Of a DNA stretch of 64,000 bases, positions 1 to 9,707 are shown one piece after another (position 1 is the first letter of the stretch; each line of letters starts with the position of its first letter). Made by a program: the position numbers and the translations under genes. The notes below the pieces were generated by a model. That model searched no databases. It had not been told where the DNA came from and worked only from the letters and a program-made list of their open reading frames with translations. Source of the stretch: a virus (Duplodnaviria; Caudoviricetes); IMG/VR virus record IMGVR_UViG_2931736537_000001, positions 32,001 to 96,000 of that record. The stretch is one strand, 5' to 3'.

Positions 1-1045
1 CACCGGTGCCGGAACCAGTGTCCCGTCCCGCGGGGTTGGTGGTGACCAGCGACGTGTCGGGCTTGGCCTCGCCCTGGCCCTGGTCGGCATCCTGCGTCTT
101 CTCGAGGTCGGTGCTGCGCTGCCCAGGAACCGAGGAGTCCCCGCCGGCGTCTGACCGGTCGGCATCCGGCTGCGGGTTGCCCTGTCCGGCGTCCCGCTGC
201 TGGGTGTTGTCCCCGGCCGGCGGCGCTCCCTGCTCCTGGAGGTCGCTGCCCTGCGTCTCGTTGGACTGCGGCGTGCCGGGGAGCTGCTGCTCCTCGAGCG
301 ACACCTTGCTCTTCACGATGGCCTCGGCCTGCGCCAGGGACAGCTGCCCGTCGACGTACGCCTGCTGCAGGTCCTGACGGAGGCCGGCCAGGACGGTCGC
401 TGCCTCCTTGATCGGCAGGAGCCGTTCGCCGCCGAACTCGAGCTCCAGGCCCTTCTGCTTGCACCAGTGGTCGATGACCGCCTGCTGGAGCGGCTCGATC
501 AGCTTCAGCAGCTTGATCTTGTGGGAGATGGCCGTCTGGGAGATGCCTCCGAGCTTCTTCGACAGCTCCCGCTGCGAGATGCCGAGTTCTTCCAGGGCGG
601 CCTGGTACTCCGCGCCCTCTTCGATCGGGTCGAGGCCGAGACGCTGCTCGTTCTCCTTGATGGCGGACAGTCGCAGCGAGCCGTTCTCCGCGACGGTCTT
701 CCTCACGAAGACCGGGACTTTCTCCAGGCCCTTCATCTGCGCTGCGGCCAGTCGGCGGTGGCCGTGCAGCACGACATAGGGCTTGCCCGACTTCTCGACG
801 TAGTCCTGGTGCTGCGGGTAGTGCGTCACGTACGCGGCAGCGGGGACGACGGTGAGCGCTTGGACGACACCGTCGCCGTCGAAGGATTCGGCAAGTCCTT
901 CGACAGCACGGAGCTTCTTACGTCCGTTCTCCGGGCTGGGCAGGAGGTCCGACACAGGGACCTCGGCGGTTCCCTTACTGAAGAGACGCTGCTGTCCCGC
1001 TGCCTGGCGGGCCTGGTTGAGGCTGAGGTTCGGCATTCCGGCCAT
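1..1045 (-). CDS. parB: ParB/RepB/Spo0J family partition protein (3' end beyond window)
   Basis: Not in the ORF track; translated by hand: MAGMPNLSLNQ...PVSDLLPSPENGRK...VVLHGHRRLAAAQ...AIKENEQRLGLDPIEEG...ISQRELSKKLGGISQTAISHKIKLL. Shows the GxRR motif, ENxQR and an HTH; GGAG RBS upstream. Confidence 0.9.
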   Translation of the reverse strand, partial: MAGMPNLSLNQARQAAGQQRLFSKGTAEVPVSDLLPSPENGRKKLRAVEGLAESFDGDGVVQALTVVPAAAYVTHYPQHQDYVEKSGKPYVVLHGHRRLAAAQMKGLEKVPVFVRKTVAENGSLRLSAIKENEQRLGLDPIEEGAEYQAALEELGISQRELSKKLGGISQTAISHKIKLLKLIEPLQQAVIDHWCKQKGLELEFGGERLLPIKEAATVLAGLRQDLQQAYVDGQLSLAQAEAIVKSKVSLEEQQLPGTPQSNETQGSDLQEQGAPPAGDNTQQRDAGQGNPQPDADRSDAGGDSSVPGQRSTDLEKTQDADQGQGEAKPDTSLVTTNPAGRDTGSGTG

Positions 1046-1215
1046 GGGGTCTCCGGGGGAGGGTGGTGCTGATGTAGTGGGTCTCGGCCGCGAGCTTATC
1101 CGTCTGGATGCGGCGGCCGGAGGGGTGGCGTCCTACCGGAGTGCTCATCGTGTCCCGTTTGGGCGGAAAGGCACCCTGGAATTGGGTTCCGACGCGAAGA
1201 TGGGGCGGCGCGGGG

Positions 1216-1234
1216 GTGATTGCGGGGCAATCAC
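1216..1234. repeat. 19-bp palindrome GTGATTGCGGGGCAATCAC, copy 1 (candidate parS)
   Basis: Perfect 8-3-8 inverted repeat upstream of parB. Confidence 0.8.
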
Positions 1235-1379
1235 TCGGCGGCGTACTCGACGCCCAGCTACTCGTCCTCGATCAGTATGCCCGGTCCCTCTGCCGGTTCC
1301 GTGAGCAACACCTCCTGGTACTTCGGTTCCAGGAAGAGCACCGTCGGTATGTCCGGCCGGGGGTAGCCGACCGACGGCG

Positions 1380-1398
1380 GTGATTGCGGGGCAATCAC
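1380..1398. repeat. 19-bp palindrome, copy 2 (candidate parS)
   Basis: Identical to copy 1. Confidence 0.8.
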
Positions 1399-1454
1399 CG
1401 GGGACGTACGGCGGGTCTTGTAGGGCGGCACGTGCACGAACGGGTCCTCATCTC

Positions 1455-2252
1455 TCAGGCCGCGCCGGTCGTTCGGCGTGGCGTTGGCGGGGCGGTGCTG
1501 TCGGCGGCCGCGCGTTGACGGCGGGCGTACCGCAGTGCCCGGGCGTGGCTGTCGGCCTTGCGCCGGGCTTCTTCCTCGAGCGCCTGCTGGACGTACTGAG
1601 CCTCGGCGTGGTCGTCAGGGTCGGCCTGGATGCGGTCAGGCGTGAGGCGTTCGTACTGCCGCTGCGGGACGGCCGCGTCTCGCCGGGCCTTCGCCTCCTG
1701 GAGCTGCTCCCGTATCTCGGCGTACTCCGCTGTCGGCGGGGTTCCTGGCGGGACACGCCGTGTCGCGGACTCTGAGACGGTGACAGAGGGCTCAGGACGT
1801 GCTGGCGGTCGGTAGGCACCTTTGCGGATCCGGATCCCGGCGAGAGTACCGGCCGGCAGGGCGCGGTTGACGTCGTCGACGATCTGCCGGGAGACCAGGG
1901 AAAGCATCCTCGCCCAGGAGTCCGACTCGCACACCACGGTCAGCGTCTTGGACACCTCGTCGTAGGCTGCGGCCTGCCAGTGGGCGGCGCGCTCGGCGCC
2001 GACGATGTCGGCCCAGCGGTTCAGGAGGCTGCCGCCGTCGGCGGCCTTCTCGTAGCCGTTGTCGACGAGCCACTGCTGCAGAAGGCCCTTAAGTGCCTGC
2101 GGGTCGCGTCGGTCGCCGCGGTGGAGGCGGACGGTGCGCTTCGCCTTCTGCGCCGGCGCCTGCCCGCCTCGTTGCCGGGCGGCCTCCTTGGCCTGGCGCA
2201 GTGCGATCCGGGCGAGGTCGGCTCCGCTCGAGGACGGGCCGCCGGCCGTCAC
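1455..2252 (-). CDS. dciA: DciA/DUF721 family replicative helicase loader homologue
   Basis: ADLARIALRQAKEAAR...RDPQAL...RWADIVG...LTVVCESDSWARML...VNRAL resembles actinobacterial DciA; GGAGGA RBS and GTGA coupling to the upstream ORF. Confidence 0.8.
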   Translation of the reverse strand: MTAGGPSSSGADLARIALRQAKEAARQRGGQAPAQKAKRTVRLHRGDRRDPQALKGLLQQWLVDNGYEKAADGGSLLNRWADIVGAERAAHWQAAAYDEVSKTLTVVCESDSWARMLSLVSRQIVDDVNRALPAGTLAGIRIRKGAYRPPARPEPSVTVSESATRRVPPGTPPTAEYAEIREQLQEAKARRDAAVPQRQYERLTPDRIQADPDDHAEAQYVQQALEEEARRKADSHARALRYARRQRAAADSTAPPTPRRTTGAA

Positions 2253-2536
2253 CACGCGTCCTCCGGTGATTGCCCCGCAATCACCTCTGCGGTGCCTGGG
2301 GTGCTCGGCGCAGCGACTGCGGGTGATTGCGGGGCAATCACCTGGCGGGTCGGGGCTGCGACCGCGGCGGTCGGGCACTGCCAGTCGGAGCCGCACTCGC
2401 GGCACACTCGTCGGCCGTCACCCTCTAGGACCTGCGGGCGGTGAAGCGCGGCGGCGGCACGGAGCCGCTCGAGTTCGGCGAGCAGGGCTTCCAGCTGCGG
2501 GTCCGTTATCGAGCTGGCCGTGAGCTGCTCAGGCAT
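2249..2536 (-). CDS. Hypothetical protein with CxxC...C motif
   Basis: Sits between rep and dciA with coupled stop/start; HRP...CRECGSDWQCPT. Confidence 0.55.
   Translation of the reverse strand: MPEQLTASSITDPQLEALLAELERLRAAAALHRPQVLEGDGRRVCRECGSDWQCPTAAVAAPTRQVIAPQSPAVAAPSTPGTAEVIAGQSPEDAW
2266..2284. repeat. 19-bp palindrome, copy 3 (reverse orientation)
   Basis: GTGATTGCCCCGCAATCAC directly upstream of the dciA RBS. Confidence 0.8.
2323..2341. repeat. 19-bp palindrome, copy 4
   Basis: Identical to copy 1. Confidence 0.8.
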
Positions 2537-2558
2537 AAGTCACCTTCCTGAAAGGCCG

Positions 2559-3908
2559 TCAGTGCAGGCGGATGTGCGGGTTGTTGGAGTTCGCGTCGAG
2601 GCTCAGGCACAGGTCGACCAGCTCATGGCCGTACAGGGCATAAGCCACCGCCGGCCCCATCACCTCGTACGCCGACAGCACGAGGCTCGGGTCGCCGCGG
2701 TACTTGTAGGCGGCCCACCCGTCCGCGCACATCTGCGTGCGGGTCTCCTGGTCGAGGCCGGTGAGGCCATCGACGGCGGGCCGCTCCTCACCCGCCTGTT
2801 GGAGGCGCATCTCCTGGACGGCCGCGCCGAAGTCCGCATTCGGAGCCGAGGCGTTGGCCCAGTCCTCCTGCAGCTGCGCGTCAGCCTTCCGGACAGCGCG
2901 CTCACGCAGGAGCTGGCTGGCGATGTACGTGTGGGGCCGGTTCGGCCGCCAGTCGAGGCCGACGGCGACCGCAGGGGAGATGTCCCAGAGCCAGGCGTCG
3001 ACCTGCTCTTCGCTGCATCCCTCGGCCAGCTTGTCGACCAGCACCCACGACAGCTCGGTGATCTTCGCTCGCTGGGTCCAGTTGTGCAGCGGCCGGAGAC
3101 GGCGGGCCAGACGGTCCGCGGCCTGGAACAGAGCCGCCGTCACTCGGTGCCCCAGGGTGCTCTTCTTCGGTGGCTTGCTCTTTGCGGGCCGCGCGCCGCG
3201 CGTAGCTTTCTCTTTCCCACCCACTTCAGCAACAGGTCCGTCGGGGGAACCACATCGGGAAGGGGGCGCAAGGCGCCTCCCAGCAGTCCGCCGGGCCTGG
3301 GCGACAGCCTGCTTCCGGCCGGCCTCGGTGTACCCGACGATGCGGGCCTCGTAGCCGGTGCCGCTGAGCCGGTGGCCCTTGGCGGTGTCGTAGGCCGGCG
3401 GGATCGTGGCGCCGTAGATCGTGGCGGTGGCGGTGTACTTGCGGCCGGGCAGCCGCAGGTTGCGCTTGGAGCCATGCTCAAGCCAGACCAGGGCACCCAT
3501 CTCGCGGAGGTAGCTCACGTGTCGCTTGACCGTGGACTTGTCGACGCCGAGCGCCGCCGCGGTGTCCAGGAGGCGGTACAGGACGATGCCGCGGTCGTAG
3601 TCCATGCGGGACGCGAGGTCCATGGCGACGCGGACGGTGGTCTGGTTCGCCTTCGGGTGCAGCTGTGCCTCGTAGATCATCCAGTCGAGGGCGACCAGCC
3701 AGTCGCGGGGTTCGGCTCGGCGGGACGAGGTGTGCACGACGTCCTGGGCGCTGCCGCGGACCAGCTCGAAGCGGGCGCGTGCCTCGGTCGCGACCGAGGC
3801 CGGGGTGGGGAGTTTGGGCGTGGATGTGTCGCCCGCAGGGGTGGTGAACGGCCCGACACTCCGCGTCTGGGCAGGGTCAAGCTGACAAAGGGCAGCAGTG
3901 TGCTGCAT
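2559..3908 (-). CDS. Putative plasmid/phage replication initiator with winged HTH
   Basis: LLDTAAALGVDKSTVKRHVSYLREMGALVW HTH; lies between par/dciA and a long non-coding leader; start uncertain. Confidence 0.65.
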   Translation of the reverse strand: MQHTAALCQLDPAQTRSVGPFTTPAGDTSTPKLPTPASVATEARARFELVRGSAQDVVHTSSRRAEPRDWLVALDWMIYEAQLHPKANQTTVRVAMDLASRMDYDRGIVLYRLLDTAAALGVDKSTVKRHVSYLREMGALVWLEHGSKRNLRLPGRKYTATATIYGATIPPAYDTAKGHRLSGTGYEARIVGYTEAGRKQAVAQARRTAGRRLAPPSRCGSPDGPVAEVGGKEKATRGARPAKSKPPKKSTLGHRVTAALFQAADRLARRLRPLHNWTQRAKITELSWVLVDKLAEGCSEEQVDAWLWDISPAVAVGLDWRPNRPHTYIASQLLRERAVRKADAQLQEDWANASAPNADFGAAVQEMRLQQAGEERPAVDGLTGLDQETRTQMCADGWAAYKYRGDPSLVLSAYEVMGPAVAYALYGHELVDLCLSLDANSNNPHIRLH

Positions 3909-4215
3909 GATGGGCTTCGTCGTCCTCTCCGGAAGGCGGCAAAACGAGGCCCCTACGGGGGGCTCGGATGCCTTTCGAAACACGAAACGGGCCGGTGGGA
4001 ACTGCCTCGTGGAGTGCTTCTGAAGGTGGGATCGAGTGGTACTCCGCCCCTGGTACGGGCGGTGAAGTCCCGAACGGCCGAGTAGCGACCGGACGAACGG
4101 GTCCTAGTGGCAGAGCAGGCGGGCAACCTGAACTGACCACCGTTGGAAGTGGCCGCGCGAGGCGACTGGTTGACGGGCAATCAACCGGTCAGCGAGCAGC
4201 GGCCGGCGGAGCGTT

Positions 4216-4234
4216 GTGATTGCGGGGCAATCAC
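4216..4234. repeat. 19-bp palindrome, copy 5
   Basis: Identical to copy 1; upstream of rep. Confidence 0.8.
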
Positions 4235-4687
4235 CTCCGCCGGAGGATCTACGTCATGCCAGCCCCCCTCCGGGGGAGGACCTGGCCTTCCCTCTTGCGC
4301 TGCGAGATGACGCCGAACACGGCGCGGCAGGCGAGGGGTTGAGAAGGCGGAACAGTCCGAGACAGGCCGAGAACTGCCCGCGGGCGCGGCGCGTGCGCGC
4401 TGCCCGGGTGGGTCCCCTCTCGCCGTGCACTGGGTGCACGGGTACCATGGCTCATGCCTCGGCCGTCCCAATCACGGTCTCGGCGCTCTACGGCCCTCGT
4501 TACCCCGGCTGCTACTCCGGGGGTGGCGGGGGCCATATGCGTTGTCGGACTTGTGCGGCCACCGGGTCGGTGATCCCCAAATATGGCCAGGGCTGAGCCT
4601 ACCTCTGTGACCGGGTGCATTGCGACCACCTTCACTCCCTCGTGTCGATACGACTTTCCACACGTGCTCATCGCGTGTCCTTCCTGG

Positions 4688-5134
4688 TCAGGCCGCCGTA
4701 GCGACCGGGGTGTTGGGCGCAGCGTCAGCCTCGGGGGCACGTCGCCGGGCGCGCGCTCGGCTGCCGGCGCCCCGGCAGCGCTTGCACGGGCAGCGCCGCT
4801 TGGTGTAGCGGGCCTCCGTGCCGTGCTGGTCGACCTGACGTTGAGGGCCGGCCGCGCGCCGGGCTGCCTTCCCTTCCTGCTGCGCCTGGGCCAGTGCCTG
4901 GGCGAACGTGGCGTTGTCACGGCGCAGGTTGTACACCGGCGTCCTCGACAGGCCGGCCGAGGCGGCGGCCTCCGCGACCGTCGCCCCGGCCCGTATGTCG
5001 GCGAGCAGCTGCGCGATGCGCTCCGGACTCGTCAGGGCCGGAGGGCGGCCCCGGCCGCGCCGCACCGCCGGGGACGACGGTGCGGCGCCCTGCTCGCCGA
5101 CGGCCGTGCGTGGGGGCCGGAGATCCGCCGTCAT
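4688..5134 (-). CDS. HTH protein with C-terminal HG...CxCxxC motif
   Basis: GRPP...TVAEAAASAGLSRTPVYNLR HTH; HGTEARYTKRRCPCKRC; ATGA overlap with whiB. Confidence 0.7.
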   Translation of the reverse strand: MTADLRPPRTAVGEQGAAPSSPAVRRGRGRPPALTSPERIAQLLADIRAGATVAEAAASAGLSRTPVYNLRRDNATFAQALAQAQQEGKAARRAAGPQRQVDQHGTEARYTKRRCPCKRCRGAGSRARARRRAPEADAAPNTPVATAA

Positions 5135-5715
5135 GCCGCATCCTGCAACGGCACCGGTGTGGACGCGCACGAGGCCGCTCCCAGGTGGGAGTTGGCCCGT
5201 GCGATGACCTCCGGCACGCTCAGCTCGTCCTGGTGGAAACCGAGCTGCTTGCACATCTGCGAGTACACCCACTGGACGTTCGGGAAGGGCCGGTCCATCT
5301 CGACGGCCGCGGCCCGCAGGTCCGGCTGCTTCGTCAGGATCTTCAGCAGCGTCGCCTGGGCGGGCGAGGGCTTCCAGTTCGTGACCGGCTTGGGCCGGGC
5401 CCCCGCCTGCTGGGCCAGCCGGGCACGCCGCTTCCGCTGGCCTCGGCGCTCGGCACGGCGTTCGTCCGCGGACAGGCCGCCCCACACGCCCTCGCTCTCC
5501 CAGACCAGTGCGTACTGCCGGCAGGCCAGCATGACCGGGCAGCCCTGGCAGACCGCCTTCGCGGCGTCGATGTTGACCGCGCCGGGCGTGAAGAAGAGGT
5601 CGGTCTTGTAGGCCGGCTCCCCGAGTTCATCGGTCTCCGCGCAGGCACGCAGCGACCAGTAGGGGTGGGCTTCGAGTTCGGCCAGGGCGGCGATTCGGTC
5701 CATGGTGTCGTTCAC
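5131..5715 (-). CDS. whiB: WhiB family Fe-S transcriptional regulator with C-terminal extension
   Basis: Four Cys (C...CxxC...C), DLFF and GVWGG motifs. Confidence 0.9.
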   Translation of the reverse strand: MNDTMDRIAALAELEAHPYWSLRACAETDELGEPAYKTDLFFTPGAVNIDAAKAVCQGCPVMLACRQYALVWESEGVWGGLSADERRAERRGQRKRRARLAQQAGARPKPVTNWKPSPAQATLLKILTKQPDLRAAAVEMDRPFPNVQWVYSQMCKQLGFHQDELSVPEVIARANSHLGAASCASTPVPLQDAA

Positions 5716-5924
5716 TCCTCACGGGACTGCGCCCGATTGATCACGTCGGTGGCCTCGGCGACGACGAGGGCTTCAGCCAGCTCCGAACGGGTCCGGCGGT
5801 GCACAGCACGCTCAAGGACCCGGTCGAGCCGTTCGCCGGCCAGGGCTTCGTCGATCCGGCGGCGGTGCCACCGCACGGCGGCAGCACCGGCCAGCGCCGC
5901 GGCAGCGATCCAGCGGATACGCAT
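5712..5924 (-). CDS. Small hypothetical membrane-anchored protein
   Basis: GGAGG RBS, hydrophobic N-terminus, overlaps whiB start. Confidence 0.55.
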   Translation of the reverse strand: MRIRWIAAAALAGAAAVRWHRRRIDEALAGERLDRVLERAVHRRTRSELAEALVVAEATDVINRAQSREE

Positions 5925-5981
5925 GGGAGATCACCTCCCTCCACGGCGCGGTCGGGGCCAGGACGGCCGCCGGGCGGCGGA

Positions 5982-7268
5982 TCATGCCGCCAGCCCGAAC
6001 GGCTCGAGGTCCTGGCCGGTGATGAATTCGAAGGCCATCGCCCCGATGTCGCGGGCGATGTTGGGGGTCACGGCCATGCCGACCATGGAGACGAGCTGCT
6101 GGTCGCGCTCCTTCTTCTTCTCCGCGGTCGCCACCAGCTCGTACGTCTCCGGGAAGGACATGGCGACCTTGCGTTCGTCGACCGTCAGCAGCCGGGCATG
6201 CCGGTCGCGGACGTCCTCGGCGGTGCCGTTGACCCACAGGTGGTGGTTGCCGCCTGCGGTCAGCGTCGACAGCGGCCGGCTGGTCGGCCGGTGCGTGGAC
6301 CCGCCACCTCGCAGCTCGGCGATGAACGGGGCACCGCCGTACAGCCGGTGCCCGGCCTGGATCTTCCGCCAGGTGTTCGCGCTGCGCGGGCCGGCGTACC
6401 GGTCGCCGATCAGCGGGCCCGGGTCCGAGTGGTCCAGGATCTCGGCGACCGGCCGCAGCGCGTACGGCTCCAGCGCCACCGTGGCGCAGTGCCGGTGCGG
6501 GCACCGCCAGATGTACTGCGCCCGGTGCTTGCCCCACGGACGCTGCGGCGAGCACGAGTCGGTGGTCTTCCATGCCTGCAGCGCCTGGACCTTGCCGTGC
6601 CGCGCGCACGCCACCATCGGCCGGAGCCACTTGTCGAAGTTCGGCGTACGGCCGACGGACTCGTGCCAGAAGATGACGTACATGCGGTCCCGGCTGCTGT
6701 GTGAGGCCGGCCCGTACGCCGCGGCGTGCGCCGAGTTCGCGTAGACGATGCGGTGGCGGTAGCCCCAGACCCGCATTTGCGCGATCCACGCGTCGAAGGC
6801 GGCGCCCCGGTTGTGCTCCGGTCCCCACCAGCGGGCTTCGACCACGTTCTCGACGACGATGAACAGGTACCCGTGGTGCTCGGCGAACCGCGGGACGCAG
6901 TGCATCGTGGCGCGGGAGCGGATCGCGGTCTCGTCAGTGCCGTTCGTGGAGAACAGCCCGTCGACGAACTCGCCCTGCAGTCGCTTCCTGCCCGCCGCGA
7001 TGGTGTGGAAGGTGCACTCCGGGCTCGACCACATTGCGTGCGTCCGCGGCCAGGCCGACGGAATCACCTGGGACAGGTCCGCCAGGTGCACCCGCACCCT
7101 GGGGTGATTGGCCCGGTAGGTGGCCACGCAGTGAGCGGCGTGGTTGCCGGCCTGGGCGACGACGGTGCCGGGGACCTGTTCCAGGCCGGCGCCCGCCCCG
7201 CCGCCCCCGGCGAACTGGTCGCTCCACGTCACGGCGGCCTGGTCGTGCCACGTCACGGCGTACGGCAT
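5982..7268 (-). CDS. Orphan DNA (cytosine-5)-methyltransferase
   Basis: Motif I DQFAGGGG, motif IV SPEC, motif VI ENV, motif VIII SRDRMY, motif X GMAVTP. Confidence 0.9.
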   Translation of the reverse strand: MPYAVTWHDQAAVTWSDQFAGGGGAGAGLEQVPGTVVAQAGNHAAHCVATYRANHPRVRVHLADLSQVIPSAWPRTHAMWSSPECTFHTIAAGRKRLQGEFVDGLFSTNGTDETAIRSRATMHCVPRFAEHHGYLFIVVENVVEARWWGPEHNRGAAFDAWIAQMRVWGYRHRIVYANSAHAAAYGPASHSSRDRMYVIFWHESVGRTPNFDKWLRPMVACARHGKVQALQAWKTTDSCSPQRPWGKHRAQYIWRCPHRHCATVALEPYALRPVAEILDHSDPGPLIGDRYAGPRSANTWRKIQAGHRLYGGAPFIAELRGGGSTHRPTSRPLSTLTAGGNHHLWVNGTAEDVRDRHARLLTVDERKVAMSFPETYELVATAEKKKERDQQLVSMVGMAVTPNIARDIGAMAFEFITGQDLEPFGLAA

Positions 7269-7296
7269 CAGGCAGCCACCGCCTGCTGCCGGACCA

Positions 7297-8283
7297 TCAC
7301 GCCGCTCCCTGCTGCCGCTGCGCTCGCGCCGCAGCCTTCGCCTCGCGCTGGCTGCGGGCATACGCCGCAGCCAGCCGGTAGGACACGACGTCGCCGAGGG
7401 TGGTCGGGTTACCGGACGGGTCGAGGGCCGCCATCTTCGACGCCCGGCACGCCTGGATCTCACGCGCCAGCTCGGACAGCGCCTCGTACGTCGCCTCACC
7501 GTCGTAGGCCCGGTGGAGGAAGTCGACGCGCGGCGCGCGGTCGACGCCCGTCTCCGCCCAGGTCCTGAGCTGCTTGCCGACTTCGACCGGGTCGGTGAGC
7601 AACTCGTTGCTCAGACCAGGCGCGTTGGACTTCGTGACCCACAGCTCGTGGGTGGGCAGCATCGAACCGGTGAAATCGACTTCGTACTCGAGCCCGTCGC
7701 GGGCTTCCATACGGCCGGCCGCACGGGCTGGCATCGTGCGGCCCTGGGCATCGGTCTCCAAGACGAACTCCACGCGGTTCCGCAGGGTTGCGACGACGTG
7801 TCCGGGAAAGGCGAGTACCGCGTTGACGCTCTGCCGCTCCAAGGGCCGCATCTCCTCCCAGGCGGCGTCCTTGTTCGCGGCTGCGCCCCCACGCATACCG
7901 GTGGCGATCTTGCCGACCTGGTCGCGGATGCCGTCCGGGCCGGCCCAGAACGCCGACCAGCAGTCGAGGACGACGACGTCGTAGGGTGCCGCGGCGTAGA
8001 GCGCCAGGCACAGGTCGCGCGGGGCGAAGGTCTCCATCTCGATCACGTCGAAGGCGACCTGGCCGGCGTACTGCTTCGACTTGCCGCGCTCGGTGTCGAT
8101 GACGGCGATGCTCTCGCCCAGCGCGGAGGCCATGCGCAGGGCGGTGAGGGTGCGGCCCGAGCCGGGCGGCCCGTCCAGCAGGGCCCGGACCGGGCGGGCC
8201 TCCTTCTTGGCGGCGGCGAACTGGAAATGGGTGTGCGGAACCAGGCCGCCCGCAGATGCGGGGGCCTCGGCGGCGGTCGCCAT
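7297..8283 (-). CDS. AAA_24 (Sak4-like) ATPase
   Basis: Walker A GPPGSGRT, IDTE, VVVLD, EYEVD. Confidence 0.8.
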   Translation of the reverse strand: MATAAEAPASAGGLVPHTHFQFAAAKKEARPVRALLDGPPGSGRTLTALRMASALGESIAVIDTERGKSKQYAGQVAFDVIEMETFAPRDLCLALYAAAPYDVVVLDCWSAFWAGPDGIRDQVGKIATGMRGGAAANKDAAWEEMRPLERQSVNAVLAFPGHVVATLRNRVEFVLETDAQGRTMPARAAGRMEARDGLEYEVDFTGSMLPTHELWVTKSNAPGLSNELLTDPVEVGKQLRTWAETGVDRAPRVDFLHRAYDGEATYEALSELAREIQACRASKMAALDPSGNPTTLGDVVSYRLAAAYARSQREAKAAARAQRQQGAA

Positions 8284-8368
8284 GAGGTGGGTCTCCTATG
8301 AGGTTGTTCTGTACGCGGAGGGCCGGGCCGGTGTCGGCTTCCAGCCGCAGGCGCCCCCGCGCGGTGTC

Positions 8369-8905
8369 TTACTCCTGGCCGGCCTCGCCGCCCAGATAGT
8401 CATCGCGCAGGTACTGGGTGATGACCCGGGAGGGGTTCACCAGGAACTTCAGACGCTCCTTGTCGGCCTTGCAGCGGGCGTCGATAGGCGCCCAGTCGTC
8501 GTCGCTCATCCGCAGGCTCGCGCTGGGCAGGGACTTGGCGGGCTTCTCGCCCGATGCCCGGCGGGGCGCCCGGACCGGCTTGACCGGCTCGATGTCCCCG
8601 GCGAGGTACTTGGCGAAGCCCTCGCGCATCACGTCGGCGAGCGCCTTGCGTTCCCGGCTCGCCTTCCGCTCCGCTGCCTCCTTGACGTCCAGCGGGATGT
8701 ACAGCGGCCGGGAAGGCAGGTCGCCCGACTCGTCGCGCATCCTCCACACCGCGCGGCCGGCGGCCCGGGCCAGCGCCCCGAACGCCGCGGCGTCGCCCTC
8801 GAGGACCCCGAAGTCGGTCTTCATCTTGGCGACGCCGCCCTCGGCAGTCACCTCGTAGGACGTCTGGTCGGTCAGGCGGAAAACGGGGGGCTGTTCGTCA
8901 GCCAC
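8369..8905 (-). CDS. Putative tandem ribbon-helix-helix DNA-binding protein
   Basis: RPLYIPLDVKEAAERKA...ALADVMREGFAKYL and SASLRMSDDDWAPID...PSRVITQYL both fit the RHH pattern; first gene of the leftward operon. Confidence 0.55.
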   Translation of the reverse strand: MADEQPPVFRLTDQTSYEVTAEGGVAKMKTDFGVLEGDAAAFGALARAAGRAVWRMRDESGDLPSRPLYIPLDVKEAAERKASRERKALADVMREGFAKYLAGDIEPVKPVRAPRRASGEKPAKSLPSASLRMSDDDWAPIDARCKADKERLKFLVNPSRVITQYLRDDYLGGEAGQE

Positions 8906-9116
8906 GGCGACGGATCCTCTCGACGGCGGAGCGCGCCGGATGCTCGCCGGCGCGACGGTGAACGACATGTGAGACCTCACTTTCGCAGAACCGTGCCGGT
9001 GACCTCGCTGGTGCGTGCTGCACCAACCGTCCCGGCGGCCCCACAGTAACTAAAACCCTATACGTAAGCAACGGGTTAGAGCTATGGTGTGGACCGTCCA
9101 GTCCCGCGATCGCCAC

Positions 9117-9707
9117 ATGGCGCCCATGAAGAGGATGCAGATGCCCGACTCCACCGCGACCGACTCCCCGACCGTACCCGCCTGGCTCGCCGCGGCCATC
9201 GAGGCCGACGAGCACCGGAAGCTCAACGAGAAGGCCAACGAGATCCAGCGCAACAAGATCTCCGCCGACCTGATCAACCGAAAGCTCGACATGTACGGCG
9301 TCGAGCCGCTTCACCCCGCGCACACCGACGAGTGCGGCCACCTGGTCGGCGCCGTCCTCGCCATGCCCGACTACGACGAAGGCACCTACGAGGTCCGGGC
9401 GATGTGGGACGAGGACAGCAAGCAGATCGAACTGCACACCAGCGACTGGATGGACGACCAACCCCAGTTCGGCCGAGTCCGCCTGATGAACAGCCTCGCG
9501 GACGTCGCCACTGCCCGGCACGAGACCCCGAAGTTCCCGGCCCCCCGGCGGGACTTCCGCCTCGAGGCACTGCACGCAATCGACAACGTGAGGCCGGACA
9601 ACATCAACAACGCGGCGGCCGAGGCCATCGTGACCGCCATCAACGGGCTCACCGCCGCGATCCTTCACCAGACCGAGGTCATCGCCCGGGGCAACGACCG
9701 GCTCTGA
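9117..9707 (+). CDS. Hypothetical protein
   Basis: Strong GC3 codon bias; start uncertain. Confidence 0.75.
   Translation: MAPMKRMQMPDSTATDSPTVPAWLAAAIEADEHRKLNEKANEIQRNKISADLINRKLDMYGVEPLHPAHTDECGHLVGAVLAMPDYDEGTYEVRAMWDEDSKQIELHTSDWMDDQPQFGRVRLMNSLADVATARHETPKFPAPRRDFRLEALHAIDNVRPDNINNAAAEAIVTAINGLTAAILHQTEVIARGNDRL

Noticed and set aside
1216-4234. Repeated 19-bp palindrome as a CRISPR array
   Set aside because: Irregular spacing (tens to thousands of bp), mixed orientation, too short, and no cas genes
4249-4671. Possible CDS between the HTH gene and rep
   Set aside because: Weak codon bias and no recognisable motif; left uncalled
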